In this document: piece by piece, positions 49,790 to 63,530 of the stretch
Layout: each line of letters begins with the position of its first letter
Numbering within the stretch: the stretch's first letter is position 1
The notes under the pieces: generated by a model
Told to the model about the DNA's origin: nothing
Databases searched by the model: none
The model's input: only the letters and a program-made list of their open reading frames with translations
DNA from: Scyliorhinus canicula
Lineage: Eukaryota
NCBI RefSeq assembly: GCF_902713615.1
Contig: NW_024056010.1
Span: forward strand, 1 to 64,000
Direction of reading: 5' to 3'
Length of the DNA stretch: 64,000 nucleotides
Made by a program: the position numbers and the translations under genes

Positions 49790-50790
49790 CCCACAGATCG
49801 CTCAGTCCGCTGTTCTGGTTCATTGGTTGTCTCATTGGGTTCGCCGTAGGCCTCTTGGGGCCTGTGGAAGAGCTCCTGGAGCCTCATTCGCCTGATGAAT
49901 TCGTTGGAGCGGAGAAACGATGACATCTTCTTTGCAGCCTTCAACACATCATCGATGAAGACGAACATCTTGCCAAGGTCATGAACACTGCTTCCCTCCA
50001 AACAACCACACAACCTCAAACAGACCATTGATTGCAGCAAACGACCCAGCATTCAGGAGAACAGCGATCCTAACACCACACAACCGTGCCATGGCAACCT
50101 CTGCAAGATGTGCCAGATCATTAACATGGGTACCAACATTACACGTGAGAACACGTGTAATGGTGCGACTCGGCCAACGTTATATACTTCATACTCTGCA
50201 GCAAAGGATGTCCAGAAGAGCGGTACATTGGCGAGGCCATACAGATATTGCGACAACGGACGAACAGACATCGCGCAACAATCGGCAGGCAGGAATGTTC
50301 CCTTCCAGTCAGCGAACACTTCAGCAGTCGTGGGCATTCAGCCTCTGATCTTCGGGTAAGCGTTTGGCCTTCAGGACGTGTGAGAACGCAGAATGGCTGA
50401 GCAGAAACTGATGGCCAAGTTCCGTACACATGAGTACGGCCTAAACTGGGACCCTGGATTTGTGTCACATTACATGTGCTTTTGAAATCCTGCCAACTGT
50501 CCTGGCTTGAGACAATTCACACCTCTTTAACCTGCGATTATCCCTCTCTCTAGTCGCACCGTATGGACCTGTAAAGACAATTACCTGCAAAGACCCGCAT
50601 TCAAAGTACCAATTTGCATCATTGAATTTTTCTACATATTTGTTTGTGGAACCCACATCTTCATTCACCTGAGGAAGGAGCTGCACTCTGAAAGCTAGTG
50701 ATTCTAAACAAACGTGTTGGACTTTAACCTGGTGTTGTAAGACTTCTTACTGTGCCCACCTCAGTCCAACGCCAGTATCTCCACATCATA
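49790..50790 (+). mobile_element. Paralogous Penelope fragment in the right duplication arm
   Basis: Reverse-complement match to 11775-12800, with additional deletions. Confidence 0.82.
50666..50700 (+). ncRNA. Minimal type I hammerhead ribozyme
   Basis: cac-CUGAGGA-a-GGAG(cugca)CUCU-GAAA-GC-UA-gug; one G-U pair in stem II. Confidence 0.7.
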
Positions 50791-52171
50791 AATGAGAAGT
50801 ATTTAATGCTTCTGCTAGTTTTGAACCAGACACCTTTTGCGCGTTAGGTGAATGTGATAACCTCCATGCTACAGAAACAGCTGGAAGCACAGTACCAATG
50901 GACCTGTGCAACGTTCAACTGCACAGTCTTGCTGCAGCTTTCAATGGTTCGGCTGGGAGGCCAGGTCACTTATTACATGAAGACAGCTGTTCCTTTAAAA
51001 CAGATGTCTCAATTTGTAAGACCATAAGATATAGAACTTATATTGAACTTTAGCATTTGTTCAGTAAATATCTAACGGAACAATGCTCTCTGTTCAATCA
51101 TTAATGCATCATTCTTATCTTCCTACAGAAAATTTCCACCAATTTTACTCAACATTTGTTTATTTAATGTTGAACATCTGTATATTTACTTGTTATATAT
51201 GACTTAATTTTGAATTGAATAGCTCTAGAGTCTTCACCCTGAGTAACTCTGAAATATATACCATTGAATTGCAAACATGACTGACCAAGAAAAGAAACCT
51301 TTTCACTGGGTAACACAAATCCCATGAATCTTTGTTCAGTTTGACCACAGACAGCTTTCAAACAAAGTCAAATATAGTTAAATGGAAGTGAATTGAGAAT
51401 TATGTGATGCTTATATTTGACCCCTCTGTGTTTTGGTGTGAAACGTTTTGCAGCCTAAATCCCGTTCATGTATAAGAAAGGAGGGGTGACAGCAAATCCG
51501 CACTGAGCCTGGATTTCCTCATCTCCCTGAGTGGCTTTTCCTGTTTCTCCATCATGAAGGCCAAATCTTTCAAAAATGTGGTTCAGTTAAATCTTTAACA
51601 TTTCCTCTAATTCAGTTAGTATCATTTGTACACGTGGTAAGGTAACGATTAGAATGCTATACAGACTAAGTTATCACAGAGTTACATTAGACTCTCTTGG
51701 AATTACGCCTATGTGCGACTGGCCTCGTGTATGCCTGACAACCTTCTGCTGGTAGCCGGATGTCACCTGACTGATGCCTGACGCCACGTACTGGTGGGAG
51801 GTCACACTGCTGAGTACATGTAATATTCTATACAGGCTTATCACATCTCGTAACTTCTCAAAATTATCGAGTAATTTATTTTTTCGAAGTTTCTGTAAAC
51901 ATTTTGGTAGATCGTGTTATTTTTTGAAAAAAAAATCTAGTCTTTGCAATATAATGACCTAACACACCAATTCACTGATCATGATCAATGTTCACTACTG
52001 AATAAACTTGAATTTAATTATTGTTTTTTGCGATTAAATCAATACATAGTTGATATAGAAAAGGTACAGAAGGCGAAATGGCTGCAGCAAGGCACAGATT
52101 AAGAGGTATAAAAGGGCTTCCTTGACCTTATTACTAAGGCCAGTGAATACATTATGAAAATAACAATTTAC

Positions 52172-52392
52172 GGGCAGCAAGGTGGCGCAATGGGTAGCAC
52201 TGTTGCCTCACGCCGTCGAGGCCCTAGGTTCGACCCCGACCCTGGGTCACTGCAGTGTGGAGTTTGCACATTCTTCCCGTGGTTTTGTTGGTCTCACCCC
52301 CACAACCCAAAGATGTGCAGGGTAGGTGGATTGGCCAGGCTAAATTGTACCTTAATTGGAAAAAGTGAATTGGGTACCCTAAATTTTTTTTA
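52172..52392 (+). mobile_element. V-SINE type D with 16-bp TSD
   Basis: ATGAAAATAACAATTT at 52154-52169 and ~52395-52410; empty site in the paralog at ~44527. Confidence 0.85.
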
Positions 52393-53389
52393 TAATGAAA
52401 ATAACAATTTTAAAACTAAATGTGATTACACATGCGTATTTAGCTTCCTACATTACAACAGTGAATGTATTTCAAAAGTACTCCATTGCCTTTAAAACTC
52501 TTTCGGAGGTTCAGTGGGAGTGAGGTTTTATAGAAATGTACATTTGTTCTAATTGTCCGCAAACTTGGATATATTACACTCGGTGTCCTCACCAGAATAA
52601 TTGATAAAGATTGAGTCTTAATTTTGTGCCAGAACCATGTCATTGACACCTTTGAATATTCTACGAAAATCCAGACACACCATATGCACAATTATTTGTT
52701 GTAAAACACAGCGAGTTGTTGTGATTTGTAATGCACTGTCCATAAATGGTGCTGGAATCTCATTGGACTGTAACTTCCAAAAGGGAATTTAATGCATTCT
52801 GAAAAGAAAACAAAATAGTCGAACTATGGGATTAAATGGGTCGCTGTACAAAGAGCTGGAATGGAATAAATGGGCCAAATAGACTCCTCTGTGCTCCAGC
52901 AGCCTTGTGTCCATGTGAAGGGAATGGGAACAACCTGGAACCTACTGCCTATGAGGTCGGAGTTGCAGAGATGACGGAAGGATTTCAATAGGAAATTAGA
53001 CGGTTACTGAGAGAAATGAACCAACAGAGATTTGGGGATAGAACGGGGCAATGGACAGACTGGCTTCCTCCACAGAGAGCTGACATAATCGCACAAGACT
53101 GAATGGCGCCATTCCCCACCCTCCAGATGCTGTGATCTTAGGAGAGAAATTCAGCTGCTCCATTCACTCCAACTGACTGGAGTCACTTATCTCTGGTGCC
53201 ATCTAAGTGGCTGCTTTAGCACAGGGCTGAATAGTTGGCTTTATAGACTGAGGCAGGCCAGCAGCACGGTTCAATTCCTGTACCAGCCTCCCCAGGCACC
53301 GGAATGTGGTGACTGGGGGCTTTTCACAATAACTTCATTTGAAGTCTATTTCTGACAATAAGTGATTTTCATTTTCCATTTCATTCTCG

Positions 53390-54225
53390 TTAATAGAACG
53401 ATACAGCGCAGTACAGGCCCTTCGGCCCTCGATGTTGCACCGACATGGAAAAAAACTAAAGGCCATCTAACCTACACTATGCCCTTATCATCCATATGCT
53501 TATCCAATAAACTTTTAAATGCCCTCAATGTTGGCGAGTTCACTACTGTTGCAGGTAGGGCATTCCACGGCCTCACCACTCTTTGCGTAAAAAACCCACC
53601 TCTGACCTCTGTCCTATATCTATTACCCCTCAATTTAAGGCTATGTCCCCTCGTGCTAGCCACCCCCATCCGCGGGAGAAGGCTCTCGCTGTCCACCCTA
53701 TCTAACCCTCTGATCATTTTGTATGCCTCTATTAAGTCACCTCTTAACCTTCTTCTCTCTAACGAAAACAACCTCAAGTCCATCAGCCTTTCCTCATAAG
53801 ATTTTCCCTCCATACCAGGCAACATCCTGGTAAATCTCCTCTGCACCCGTTCCAAAGCTTCCACGTCCTTCCTATAATGAGGCGACCAGAACTGTACGCA
53901 ATACTCCAAATGCGGCCGTACTAGAGTTTTGTACAACTGCAACATGACCTCATGGCTCCGGAACTCAATCCCTCTACCAATAAAGGCCAACACACCATAG
54001 GCCTTCTTCACAACCCTATCAACCTGGGTGGCAACTATCAGGGATCTATGTACATGGACACCAAGATCCCTCTGCTCATCCACACTACCAAGAATTTTAC
54101 CATTAGCCAAATATTCCGCATTCCTGTTATTCTTTCCAAAGTGAATCACCTCACACTTCTCCACATTAAACTCCATTTGCCACCTCTCAGCCCAGCTCTG
54201 CAGCTTATCTATGTCCCTCTGTACC
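53390..54225 (-). mobile_element. Young CR1 3' fragment of the same family as 42031-43898
   Basis: ORF 53472-54176 is nearly identical to the C-terminus of 42999-43805; absent from the left arm. Confidence 0.9.
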
Positions 54226-55889
54226 CTGTCCTCTACATCCTAACTTTCGGGCTGTTTAGCACACTGGGCTAAATCTCTGGCTTTGAAAGCAGGCCAGCAG
54301 CATGGTTCAATTCCCGTAACAGCCTCCCCGAACAGGCGCTGCAATGTGGCGACTAGGGGCTTTTCACAGTAACTTCATTGAAGCCTACTCGTGACAATAA
54401 GCGATTTTCAATTTTCAATTTCAATTTTTAAATTTTCAACTAAGAACTTCACATCTTTCCTAAAGTATATATAGGATTCCATATATAGGATTCCATTCTA
54501 AAGGGATAGAATTGAAAAGCACGGAGGAAATGTTCAACTTGTTTAGAACCAGGGTTAGACTACACTGGGAACACTGTCAACATTGGCGATCTCCATTTAG
54601 AAAAAGGAAATAGAGGCACTGGATAAGGTGCAACAAAGATTCATAATATACAGAACTGAGAGCATTTAACACTCAGGAAAGGCTGGGGTTGCTTTTTTCT
54701 GGAAAAGAGAAGACTGATGGGTGATCTGATGGAAGTCTTTAATATTATGAAGGGATTCAATGAAATGAAATGAAAATGAAATGAAATTCAATAATCTAAT
54801 AGGAATTTCAGCAGAAACCTCTTTACCCAGCGAGTGGTGAGAATGTGGAACTCACTAACACAGCGACTGGTTGAGGTGAACAGCATGAATCCATTGAACG
54901 TAAAGCTAGATACATACATGAGGGAGAAAGGAATAGAAGGAGATACTGATGGGGGAGATGTAGAGGGGCGGGTGGAGGATCATGCGGAGCATAAATACTG
55001 ACACAGACCTTGGCTAACCTCAGCCGGTATGTGCACCTCATAACCTGATAGTTTTTTTCTGTGAGAAGCACCAAGATAAATTAAACCAAAAGGACCATGT
55101 AACCATCGTAGCCCATCTTCATGGCAATATGGCATGATTTTTGGGGTTTCCAAACAGAAAAGAGAATGAAACATCTTCTAACCTCCAAACACCCTTTCTC
55201 TCTTTGATCCTTGTGAAATGTGCAACCAGATATTCGCAAGAAGGCTCAGAGAGAATCACCCCACTGGAGATGAAGCCGTGAGACCGGCCAGACCAGCAGA
55301 AAGAAACCCTCTGACCATCCCCATTGACCAACAGAATGAACAAAATGCAGACAGTGCGATGAATTACAAAATCCCTTCGCACATTGAGGACAGGTGAACG
55401 GCCACTCCCCAGTGTGAACTCCTTGTTATGACTGCGGACGGCATAACCGAGTGAATTGTGCCAATAAGACGTAAACTCGTGTGATATAATGGGGATTATG
55501 GAGACATGGCTGCGGGGATGGGAACTGAATATATTCAGTATTTAGGAAGGAGAGACAAAAAGGAAAAGGCAGTGGAGTGGCAGTGCTGATTAATAATAAC
55601 TTTTATGCTTGTCACAAGTAGGCTTACATTAACACTGCAATGAAGTTACTGTGAAAATCCCCTAGTCGCCACACTCCGGCACCTGTTCAGGTATAATGAG
55701 GGAGAATTCAGAATGTCTAACTCACCTAAGTCTTTCAGGGCTTGTGGGAGAAAACCGGAGCACCTGGAGGAAAACCAGCAGACATGGTGAGAACGTGCAA
55801 ACTGCACAGACAGTGACCCAAGCCAGGAATCGAACCTGGGACCCTGGCGTTGTGAAGCAACAGTTCTAACCACTGTGCTACCCATGAGG

Positions 55890-58300
55890 CCCATGGTTAA
55901 AGAGGAAAACAATACAATAGTGAGGAAGGATATTAGCTCCGACAATGTGGAATCTGTATGGGTAGAGCTGAGAAACACCAAGGGGCAAAAACATTAGTGG
56001 GCATCGTATATAGACCCCCAAACTGCAGTGGTAATGTTGGAAATGGCATAAAACAGGAAATTAGGCTGATTGTAAAAGTTTCTATTGGTAAGGGAAGAGA
56101 AAAAGATTGGTGAAGACAAATGTAGGTTCCTCACAGTCAGAAACAGGGGAATGTATAATAGGGAACAAAGAAATGGCTGAGCAAATCAATGCATACTTTG
56201 GTTCTGTCTTCACAAATGAGGTGCTGGTTTAGCACAGTGGGCTAAACAGCTGGCTTGTAAAGCAGAACCAGGCCAGCAGAGCGGGTTCAATTCCCATACC
56301 AGCCTCCCCGGAATGTGGCGACTAGGGGCTTTTCACAGTAACTTCATTTGAAGCCTACTTGTGACAATAAGCGATTTTCATTTCATTCATTTCACATATC
56401 AGATACCAGAAATGTTGGGGAACGCCGCAATTAGTGAGAGGGAGGAACTGAAGGACATCAATATTAGGAGAGAAATGGTGTTGGGGAAATTGATGGGATT
56501 GAAGGCTGATAAATCCCCAGGGACTAATAATCTGCAGCCCAAAGTACTTAAAGAAGTGGTTCTAGAAATAGTGGAAACATTGGTGGTCATCTTCCAGGAT
56601 TCTATAGACTCTGGAACAGTTCCTGCAGATTGGAGGGTGGCTTATGTAACTCACTATTTAAAAAGCGATATAGAGAGAAAACCAGGAATTATAGACTAGT
56701 AAACCTGACATTGACAGTGGGGAAAATTCTAGACTCCATTATCAAAGATTTTATCACAAAGCACTTAGAAAACAGTGGCAGGATCGGACAGAGTCAGCAT
56801 GAATTTATGAAGAGGAAATCATGCTTGACAAATCTACTTGAATTCTTCGAGGGGGTAACTGGTAGAGTTGATTAGGGGCAGCCAGTGGATGTGGTATATT
56901 TGGACTTTCAGATGGCTTTTGACAAAGTCCCGCAGAAGATATTAGTGTGTAAAATTGAAGCAAATGGGATCAGGAGTACTGTATTGAGATGGATAGAAAA
57001 CTGGTTGGCAGACGGAAACAAAGTATAGGAATTAATAGGTCTTTTTCAAATTGTAAGGCAGTGACTAGTGGGGTACGGCAGGGATCGGTGCTCGATCCCC
57101 ACAGAGTCACAATATATATTAATGATATTTTTAAATATTTAAAGTACCCAATTCTTTCATTTCAATTAAGGGGCAATTGAGCGTGGCCAATCCACCTACC
57201 CTGCACATCTTTGGGTTATGGGGGTGAGACTCAAGCAGACATGGGGTGAATGTGTCTCCACACAGACAGTGTTCCTGGGCAAGATTGAATCCTGGTCCTC
57301 AGCACCGTGAGGCAGCAGTGCTAACCTCTGTGCCACCCCATATATTAAGGATTTAGATGAAGGAACAGAATGAAATATCTCCAAATTTGCAGATGCCACC
57401 AAGTTGCTTGGAAGGGTGAGCTGTGGGGAGGATGCAGAGATCCTTCAGTGTGATTTGGACAAGTTGAGTGAGTGGGCAAATGAATGGCGGATACAGTATA
57501 AGTTGGAGAAATGCGAGGTTATCCACTTTGGTAGCATAAACGAGTAGGCAGACTATTAGCTGAATGGCCATAGATTAGGAGAGGGGAATGTGCAATGAGA
57601 CCTGGGTATCCTCGTACACCAGTCACTGAAGGTAAGCATGCAGCTACAGCAGGCGGTAAAGAAGGCAAATGGTATGCTAGCCTTCATTGCGAGCCAATTC
57701 GAGTACAGGAGCAGGGATATCTTGCTGTCATTATACAGTACAGGGCCTTGGCGAGGCCATACCTAGAATACCTGTGTGCAGTTTTAATCTCCTTATCTGA
57801 GGAAGGATGTTCTTGCTCTCGAGGGTGTGCAGCGAAGGTTCACCAGATTCCTGGGATGATGGGACTGACGTACGAGGATAGATTGAATCGGTTGGGATTG
57901 TATTCCTTGGAGTTCAGAAGAATGAGGGATCTCATAGAACCTAAAATATTGTAACAGGACTTGACAGGGTAGATGCAGGAAAGATTTTCCCAATGCGGGA
58001 GTGTACAGTACCAGAGGTCGCAGTCTGAGGATACGGGGTAGACCATTTAGACAGAGATGAGGAGAAATTTCTTCAACCAGAGAGTGGTGAGTCTGTGGGA
58101 TTTGTTACCAGAGGAAATAGTTGAGGCCAATAAGTTGTATGTTTTCAAGAAGCAGGTGGATATAGCACTTAGGGCGAAGGGAATCAAAGGATATGGAGGG
58201 GAAAGCGGGATTGGGTTATTGAGTTGGATGATAAGCCATGATCATAATGAATGGCGGGGCAGGTGCAAAGGACCAAATTATCTCTTCCTGTTCCTATTTT
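55890..58300 (+). mobile_element. Old CR1 inserted into the ZNF exon (decayed, with nested SINEs)
   Basis: Fragments LKADKSPG, NYRLVNLT, RMRRNFFNQRVV; 3' tail abuts ZNF sequence at ~58305. Confidence 0.8.
57125..57340 (-). mobile_element. V-SINE type D nested in old CR1
   Basis: Flanked by ATATATTAA repeats. Confidence 0.72.
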
Positions 58301-58404
58301 CTATGTAATCCCTTCCCACACTAAGAGCAGGTGAATGGCCTTTCCCCAGTGTGAACTCGCTGGTGTCTCCACAGAGTGAGTAAAGCACAGAATCTCTGCC
58401 CACT

Positions 58405-59019
58405 CTAAGAGCAGATGAACGGTTTCTCCACAGTGTGAATTCGCTGGTGTTTCCGCAGGTGGGATAACTGAATGAATCGCATCCCGCACTGAGAGCAGGC
58501 GAATGGCCTCTCCCCAGTGTGAAGTCGCTGGTGTATCTGCAGGTTGGATGACTGAATGAATCCCTTCCCACACTTAGAGCAGGTGAATGGCTTCTCCCCA
58601 GTGTGAACTCGCTGGTGTGTCTGCAGGCTGGATAAAGCACGGAATCTCTGCCCACACTGAGAGCAGGCGAATGGCCTCTCCCCAGTGTGAACTCTCTGAT
58701 GTACCTGCAGGCTGGATAACTGTGTGAATCCTTTCCCACATTGAGAGCAGGTGAATGGCTTCTCTCCAGTGTGAACTCGCTGGTGTACCTGCAGGCTGGA
58801 TAACTGAGTGAATCCCTTCCCACACTGAGAGCAGGTGAATGGCTTCTCTCCAGTGTGAACCCCCTGGTGTATGTGAACGTTAGATAACTGAGTGAATCTC
58901 TTCCCACACTGAGAGCAGGTGAATGGCCTCTCCCCAGTGTGACTGCGTTGATGAATCTCCACCTCGGATGGGGCTCTGAATCCCTTCCCACAGTCCCCAC
59001 ATTTCCACGGTTTCTCCAT
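58405..59019 (-). CDS. KRAB-less C2H2 zinc-finger ORF, 7 intact fingers, paralog of 6092-6700
   Basis: First ATG (MEKPWK) at 59019, TAG at 58405 inside finger 8. A degenerate finger continues to the CR1 junction at ~58305. Confidence 0.75.
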   Translation of the reverse strand: MEKPWKCGDCGKGFRAPSEVEIHQRSHTGERPFTCSQCGKRFTQLSNVHIHQGVHTGEKPFTCSQCGKGFTQLSSLQVHQRVHTGEKPFTCSQCGKGFTQLSSLQVHQRVHTGERPFACSQCGQRFRALSSLQTHQRVHTGEKPFTCSKCGKGFIQSSNLQIHQRLHTGERPFACSQCGMRFIQLSHLRKHQRIHTVEKPFICS

Positions 59020-60659
59020 GTTTTGGGTCTCCTCGTGTTTCTCCAGATTGGACAATCACTGGAAGCCTTGGCTACACACAGAATATGTGCACTGTCGCTC
59101 CTCACTGTGAATGGTGTGGTGTTTTTTCAATTTGTGCAACCCGCTGAAAATCTTTCCACAGTCAGTTCACTGGAAGTCTCTCAGTCGGGTGTGTGTTGTG
59201 TGTGTCTCGTGGCTTTTCCAGTCTCACTGATGTTTCCACAGTCAGTTCAGTGGAACACTCACTTGGGTGTGTGTTGTGTGGGTCTCGGTGCTTTTCCAGT
59301 CACACTGATGTTTCCACAGTCAGTTCACTGGAACTCTCTCACTCGGTTGTGTGTTGTGTGGGTCTCGGTGCTTTTCCAAGTCACGCTCACATTTAAAATC
59401 TTTTGAAGCCGACAGATCAGACAAACATTTCTCCTTCTCGTCGATGATATTCAGAGCCCGATGATATTCGGATTAGAAGGAATCGAGCGAGTTTGTCACA
59501 TCGAGACGTGATGTTTGAGATTTCTGTCTATAATTCCTCCCCTTCCAATATCCTTTAAAAACGATTTTCAAAAGTCATCATTGTTAGTACAGGATAGAAA
59601 TTCAGAACAGACAATTCTAGTTTCTATGGAACATTATTTAGTCTCTCGTTCTCCAAAAGCTGTAAATCTCCATCCCACACAATCTCCCTCCATTCTCACT
59701 CTGCTGTATCTAATATTCATCCTCCCATTTCTCCTGAAGGTGCTGATTCAGGCTGATTAACAGATCCAAGCTCAGCTCACTGCTTCCTGACCAGGACACA
59801 GAGATTAAAATAGGAGCAAGAGTAGGCCATTCGGCCCACCGAGTCTGCTCATCCATTCAATGAGATCCTTGGCCGATCTACCTCAGCACCATTTTCCCAC
59901 ACGATCCCCATATCCCTTGATATCTTCAACATCTAGAAACCTATCAATATTTGTCTTGAGCAGACTTGATGACTGAGACTCCACATTCCTCTGGGGTAGA
60001 GAATTCCAAAGCTTCACCACATCCTCAAGTGAAAAAATCCCTCCTCATCTCAGCTTTCTCTCTATTTTCCTGCCTGAACCCCATAACCATTAACTCCATT
60101 GTCAATAAAATATCTGTCCAACTTGTGCTTCAATATATTCAATGACACCCCCCTTGACTCCACTGCTCCCTGTGGAAGAGAAATCCAAAGACTAACCTTC
60201 AGAACATAATATTCTTTATTAGTGTCACAAGTAGGCTGACATTAACTCTGCAATGAAGCAACTGTGAAAAGCCCCTATTCGCCACACTCCGACACCTGTT
60301 CGGGGACACAGAGGGAGAATTCAGAATGTCCAATGTCATCTAACAGCACGTCTTTTGAGACTTGTGGGAGGAAACCGGAGCACCGGGAGGAAACCATGCA
60401 GACATGGGGAGAACGTGCAGACTCTGCACAGAGTGACCCAAGCCAGGATCAAACCCAGGTCCCTGGCGCTGTAAAGCAACACTGTGTGACGGTCCACTAC
60501 ATCAGATATGTCTCTTCCCAATATTAATTTACTGCCCCCTTAAACGTCAGCCATCTCCTGGGGAAACCAGCCCTTAAATTGGGAACATTAGGAAAGGGAC
60601 CATCCTTTTAGCCAGACAAATAAATGAATCAAGCTGAGGGACACTGCAGTCTGAAGCAA

Positions 60660-61070
60660 TAAATCTCGGGCACGAGGACCTGGCCGGGTGAGACTACGTA
60701 GCCTCGCAGACGTCACCGCACCCGCGCATGCGCGCCGCTCCATTTGAATCAAGATGGCGGCTGTTGAATTATGCCTGATATCAGGAAAAGACCCGAAGCT
60801 GCAAACGCAGGACCTACAGGTACGTCTTCCTGGTTTAGGGCCTTCACGCGGTGTTTAGAAACTCTCTCACTTCAGAGTGGGCTCTATCGCTTCCTCCAGA
60901 TTTCCGCATCCTGACCCGCTGCCCAGGAGGCAAAAAAGCGTCTCTTTCCCAGGCGCCACCACCTGGCGCATACTCCAACTACTCCCGGAAATGCGCCTGC
61001 GCACTGCTGTCCTGCGGTGTCGATCGGGGACATTCACCACCGCGGCGAATGCCGGGTAATGGAAGCGCCA
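60660..61070. promoter_or_regulatory. CpG-rich, probably bidirectional promoter
   Basis: GACGTCA (CRE-like), GCGCATGCGC and GCGCCTGCGC (NRF1-like), AAGATGGCGG (YY1), ACTACTCCCGGAAATGC (ZNF143-like), CpG retention. Confidence 0.65.
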
Positions 61071-61382
61071 TTGATTATCCCAATTAGTGACTAGTGATTT
61101 CTGTTTGCTATGATGTGAAGATTGGGCGAGTGTGATAAAAATCATACATAAATCCAAGTAAGAGGGAGACATGTGGCGTAGTGGTCAGCAGTGGGACTAA
61201 GGCGCTGAGGACCTAAGGCGCATGCTGGACTGGAATTGTGTTCATTGCTTTCTGTAGTTTCTGATGGTCTTGGGCTGAGCAGTTGCCACAGCAGGTTGTG
61301 ATGCAGCCAGATAGGATGTTTTCCTAGCATGTTTTCCTGTATCTGTAAAAATCGTAAGACTCAACGTGAACATGCTGGATTT

Positions 61383-61750
61383 CCATAGTTTCCTGAGGAA
61401 GTATCATAGATATCATAGAGTTTACAGTGTAGAAGGAGGCCATTCGGCCCATCGAGTCTGCACCAGCTCTTGGAAAGAGCACCCTACCCAAGGTCAACAC
61501 CTCCACCTTGTCCCCATAACCCAGTAACCCCACCCAACACTAAGAGCAGTTTTGGACACAAAGGGCAATTTATCATGGCCACTCCACCTAACCTGCACAT
61601 CTTTGGACTGCGGGAGGAAACTGGAGCATCCGGAGGAAACCCACGCACACACGGGGAGGATGTGCAGACTCCGCACAGACAGTGACCTAAGCCGCAATTG
61701 AACCTGGGACCCTGGAGCTGTGAAGCAATTGTGCTATCCACAAGGCTACA
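61383..61750 (-). mobile_element. HE1/V-SINE tail A
   Basis: Full head-to-tail copy. Confidence 0.82.
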
Positions 61751-63180
61751 GGCACTGTTATGCTTTCCTGGTCGTAGCGTCGATGTGGGAAACCCTATCC
61801 ATCTAATATTGGAAAATAGATATCTAACGAGAGGGAAGTCAATTTGTGTATCCTTTTTAGCGTGGCCAATCCACCTACCCTGCACATCTTTGGGGCTGAG
61901 ATCCATGCAGACACAGGGAGAACAATTTATGTATCCTTAATGAACATCAATATGCAGAGAGGAAGATGAAAAGCCTTTAAACATCTCACTTGGCACAGAA
62001 CTGTCTGAAACTCGAAACAGGAGCTTTAGGAAATCAAAGTACCGACAAATAGCCAACTGCCCAGTTGATGGAAGACATTCTTAAAATATAAATTTTTGGA
62101 CCTTAGTTCGAATCCTGGCTTGGGTCATTGCCTGTGCGGAGTCTGCACGTTCTCCCCATGTCTGCGTGGGTTTCCTCCGGGTGCTCCGGTTTCCTCCCAC
62201 AGTCCACAGGTTAGGTGAAATGGACATTATGAATTCTCCCTCAGTGTACCCGAACAGTAACTTCATTGCAGTGTAAGCCTATTTGTGACACTAATAAAAA
62301 AAAGATATTCACTCACTTGACTGAGCAACTCGGTTTCCAGCCCTCAAGTCTGGTGACAGACCTCACTGCTCCCTTGCCCTTCTGGCCTGCGAGCTCCTCT
62401 TGATGCTGTTTCCCAGGACAATCAGTGTCCACTCTCCTACATTACTCTGTCTGATCGAGTTCAGAGGCTCAGAGGAGGAAAGAAATGAGAACATGAATCT
62501 GAATTCAGAAATTCAGTTGAAGAAACATGATAAACGGAAGGATTTAAGTCACAGTATTTGATTGCAATTAATATATTAATTTTGTCTGACACTTATGCGG
62601 AATGGAAGCAAATTATGTTTGTTATTTTATATTGTTCTTCTTTTCTATGGTTTTGACACATCATCTTTCATTTTTCTTACATTTAAAGGGTGGACCATGC
62701 TACCCAGAATTCTCTGCATGGGCGAATACAGATATTTTAGTTTATTAACAACTCCATATTACAAAAGAACACAGCTGAATACAAAACAATCAGCAATACA
62801 GGAAAAATATCCACAATACACCAAAACTGGACATTCTGAATTCTCCCTCAGTGTACCCGAACAGACGCCGGAATGTGGCGACTCGGGAATTTTCGGAGTA
62901 ACTTCATTGCAGTTAATGTAAGCCTACTTGTGACAATAAAGATTATTGTTACAAAACAGAAACCAATGAATAATCAACAAGAAAACAAAACCACCAGATT
63001 TCACGCCAGCACACGCCCACCACCAGCAGAAAGGCTCCCAAACAAGCAGCACCCAGACCGCTGGAAAAGGACACACTGATATGGGGCATGGCGGAAGGGA
63101 GAGAGAGAGAACACCCCTCCCAAGTGGGAGCACAGTTCAACCCAGAAACAGTCGTTTATGTGAGTGCATCCTATCTTAGT

Positions 63181-63530
63181 GGGCAGCACGGTAGCATTAT
63201 GGATAGCACAATCGCTTCACAGCTCCAGGGTCTCAGGTTCGATTCCGGCTTGGGTCACTGTCTGTGTGGAGTCTGCACATCCTCCCTGTGTGTGCGTGGG
63301 TTTCCTCCGGGTGCTCCGGTTTCCTCCCAAGGTCCAAAGATGTGCAGATTAGGTGGATTGGCCATGATAAATAGCCCTTAGTGTCCAAAATTGCCCTTAA
63401 TGTTGGGTGGGGTTACTGGGTTATGGAGATAGGGTGGAGTTGTTAACCTTGGGTAGGGTGCTCTTTCCAGGAGCCGGTGCAGACTCGATGGGCCGAATGG
63501 CCTCCTTCTGCACTGTAAATTCTATGTTCT
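63181..63530 (+). mobile_element. HE1/V-SINE tail A
   Basis: Near-identical to 2202-2548. Confidence 0.85.

Larger units (their letters stand above)
46720..60640 (-). repeat. Right arm of inverted segmental duplication
   Basis: See left arm; longer because of arm-specific CR1, Tx1 and SINE insertions and a retained CR1 middle section. Confidence 0.92.
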
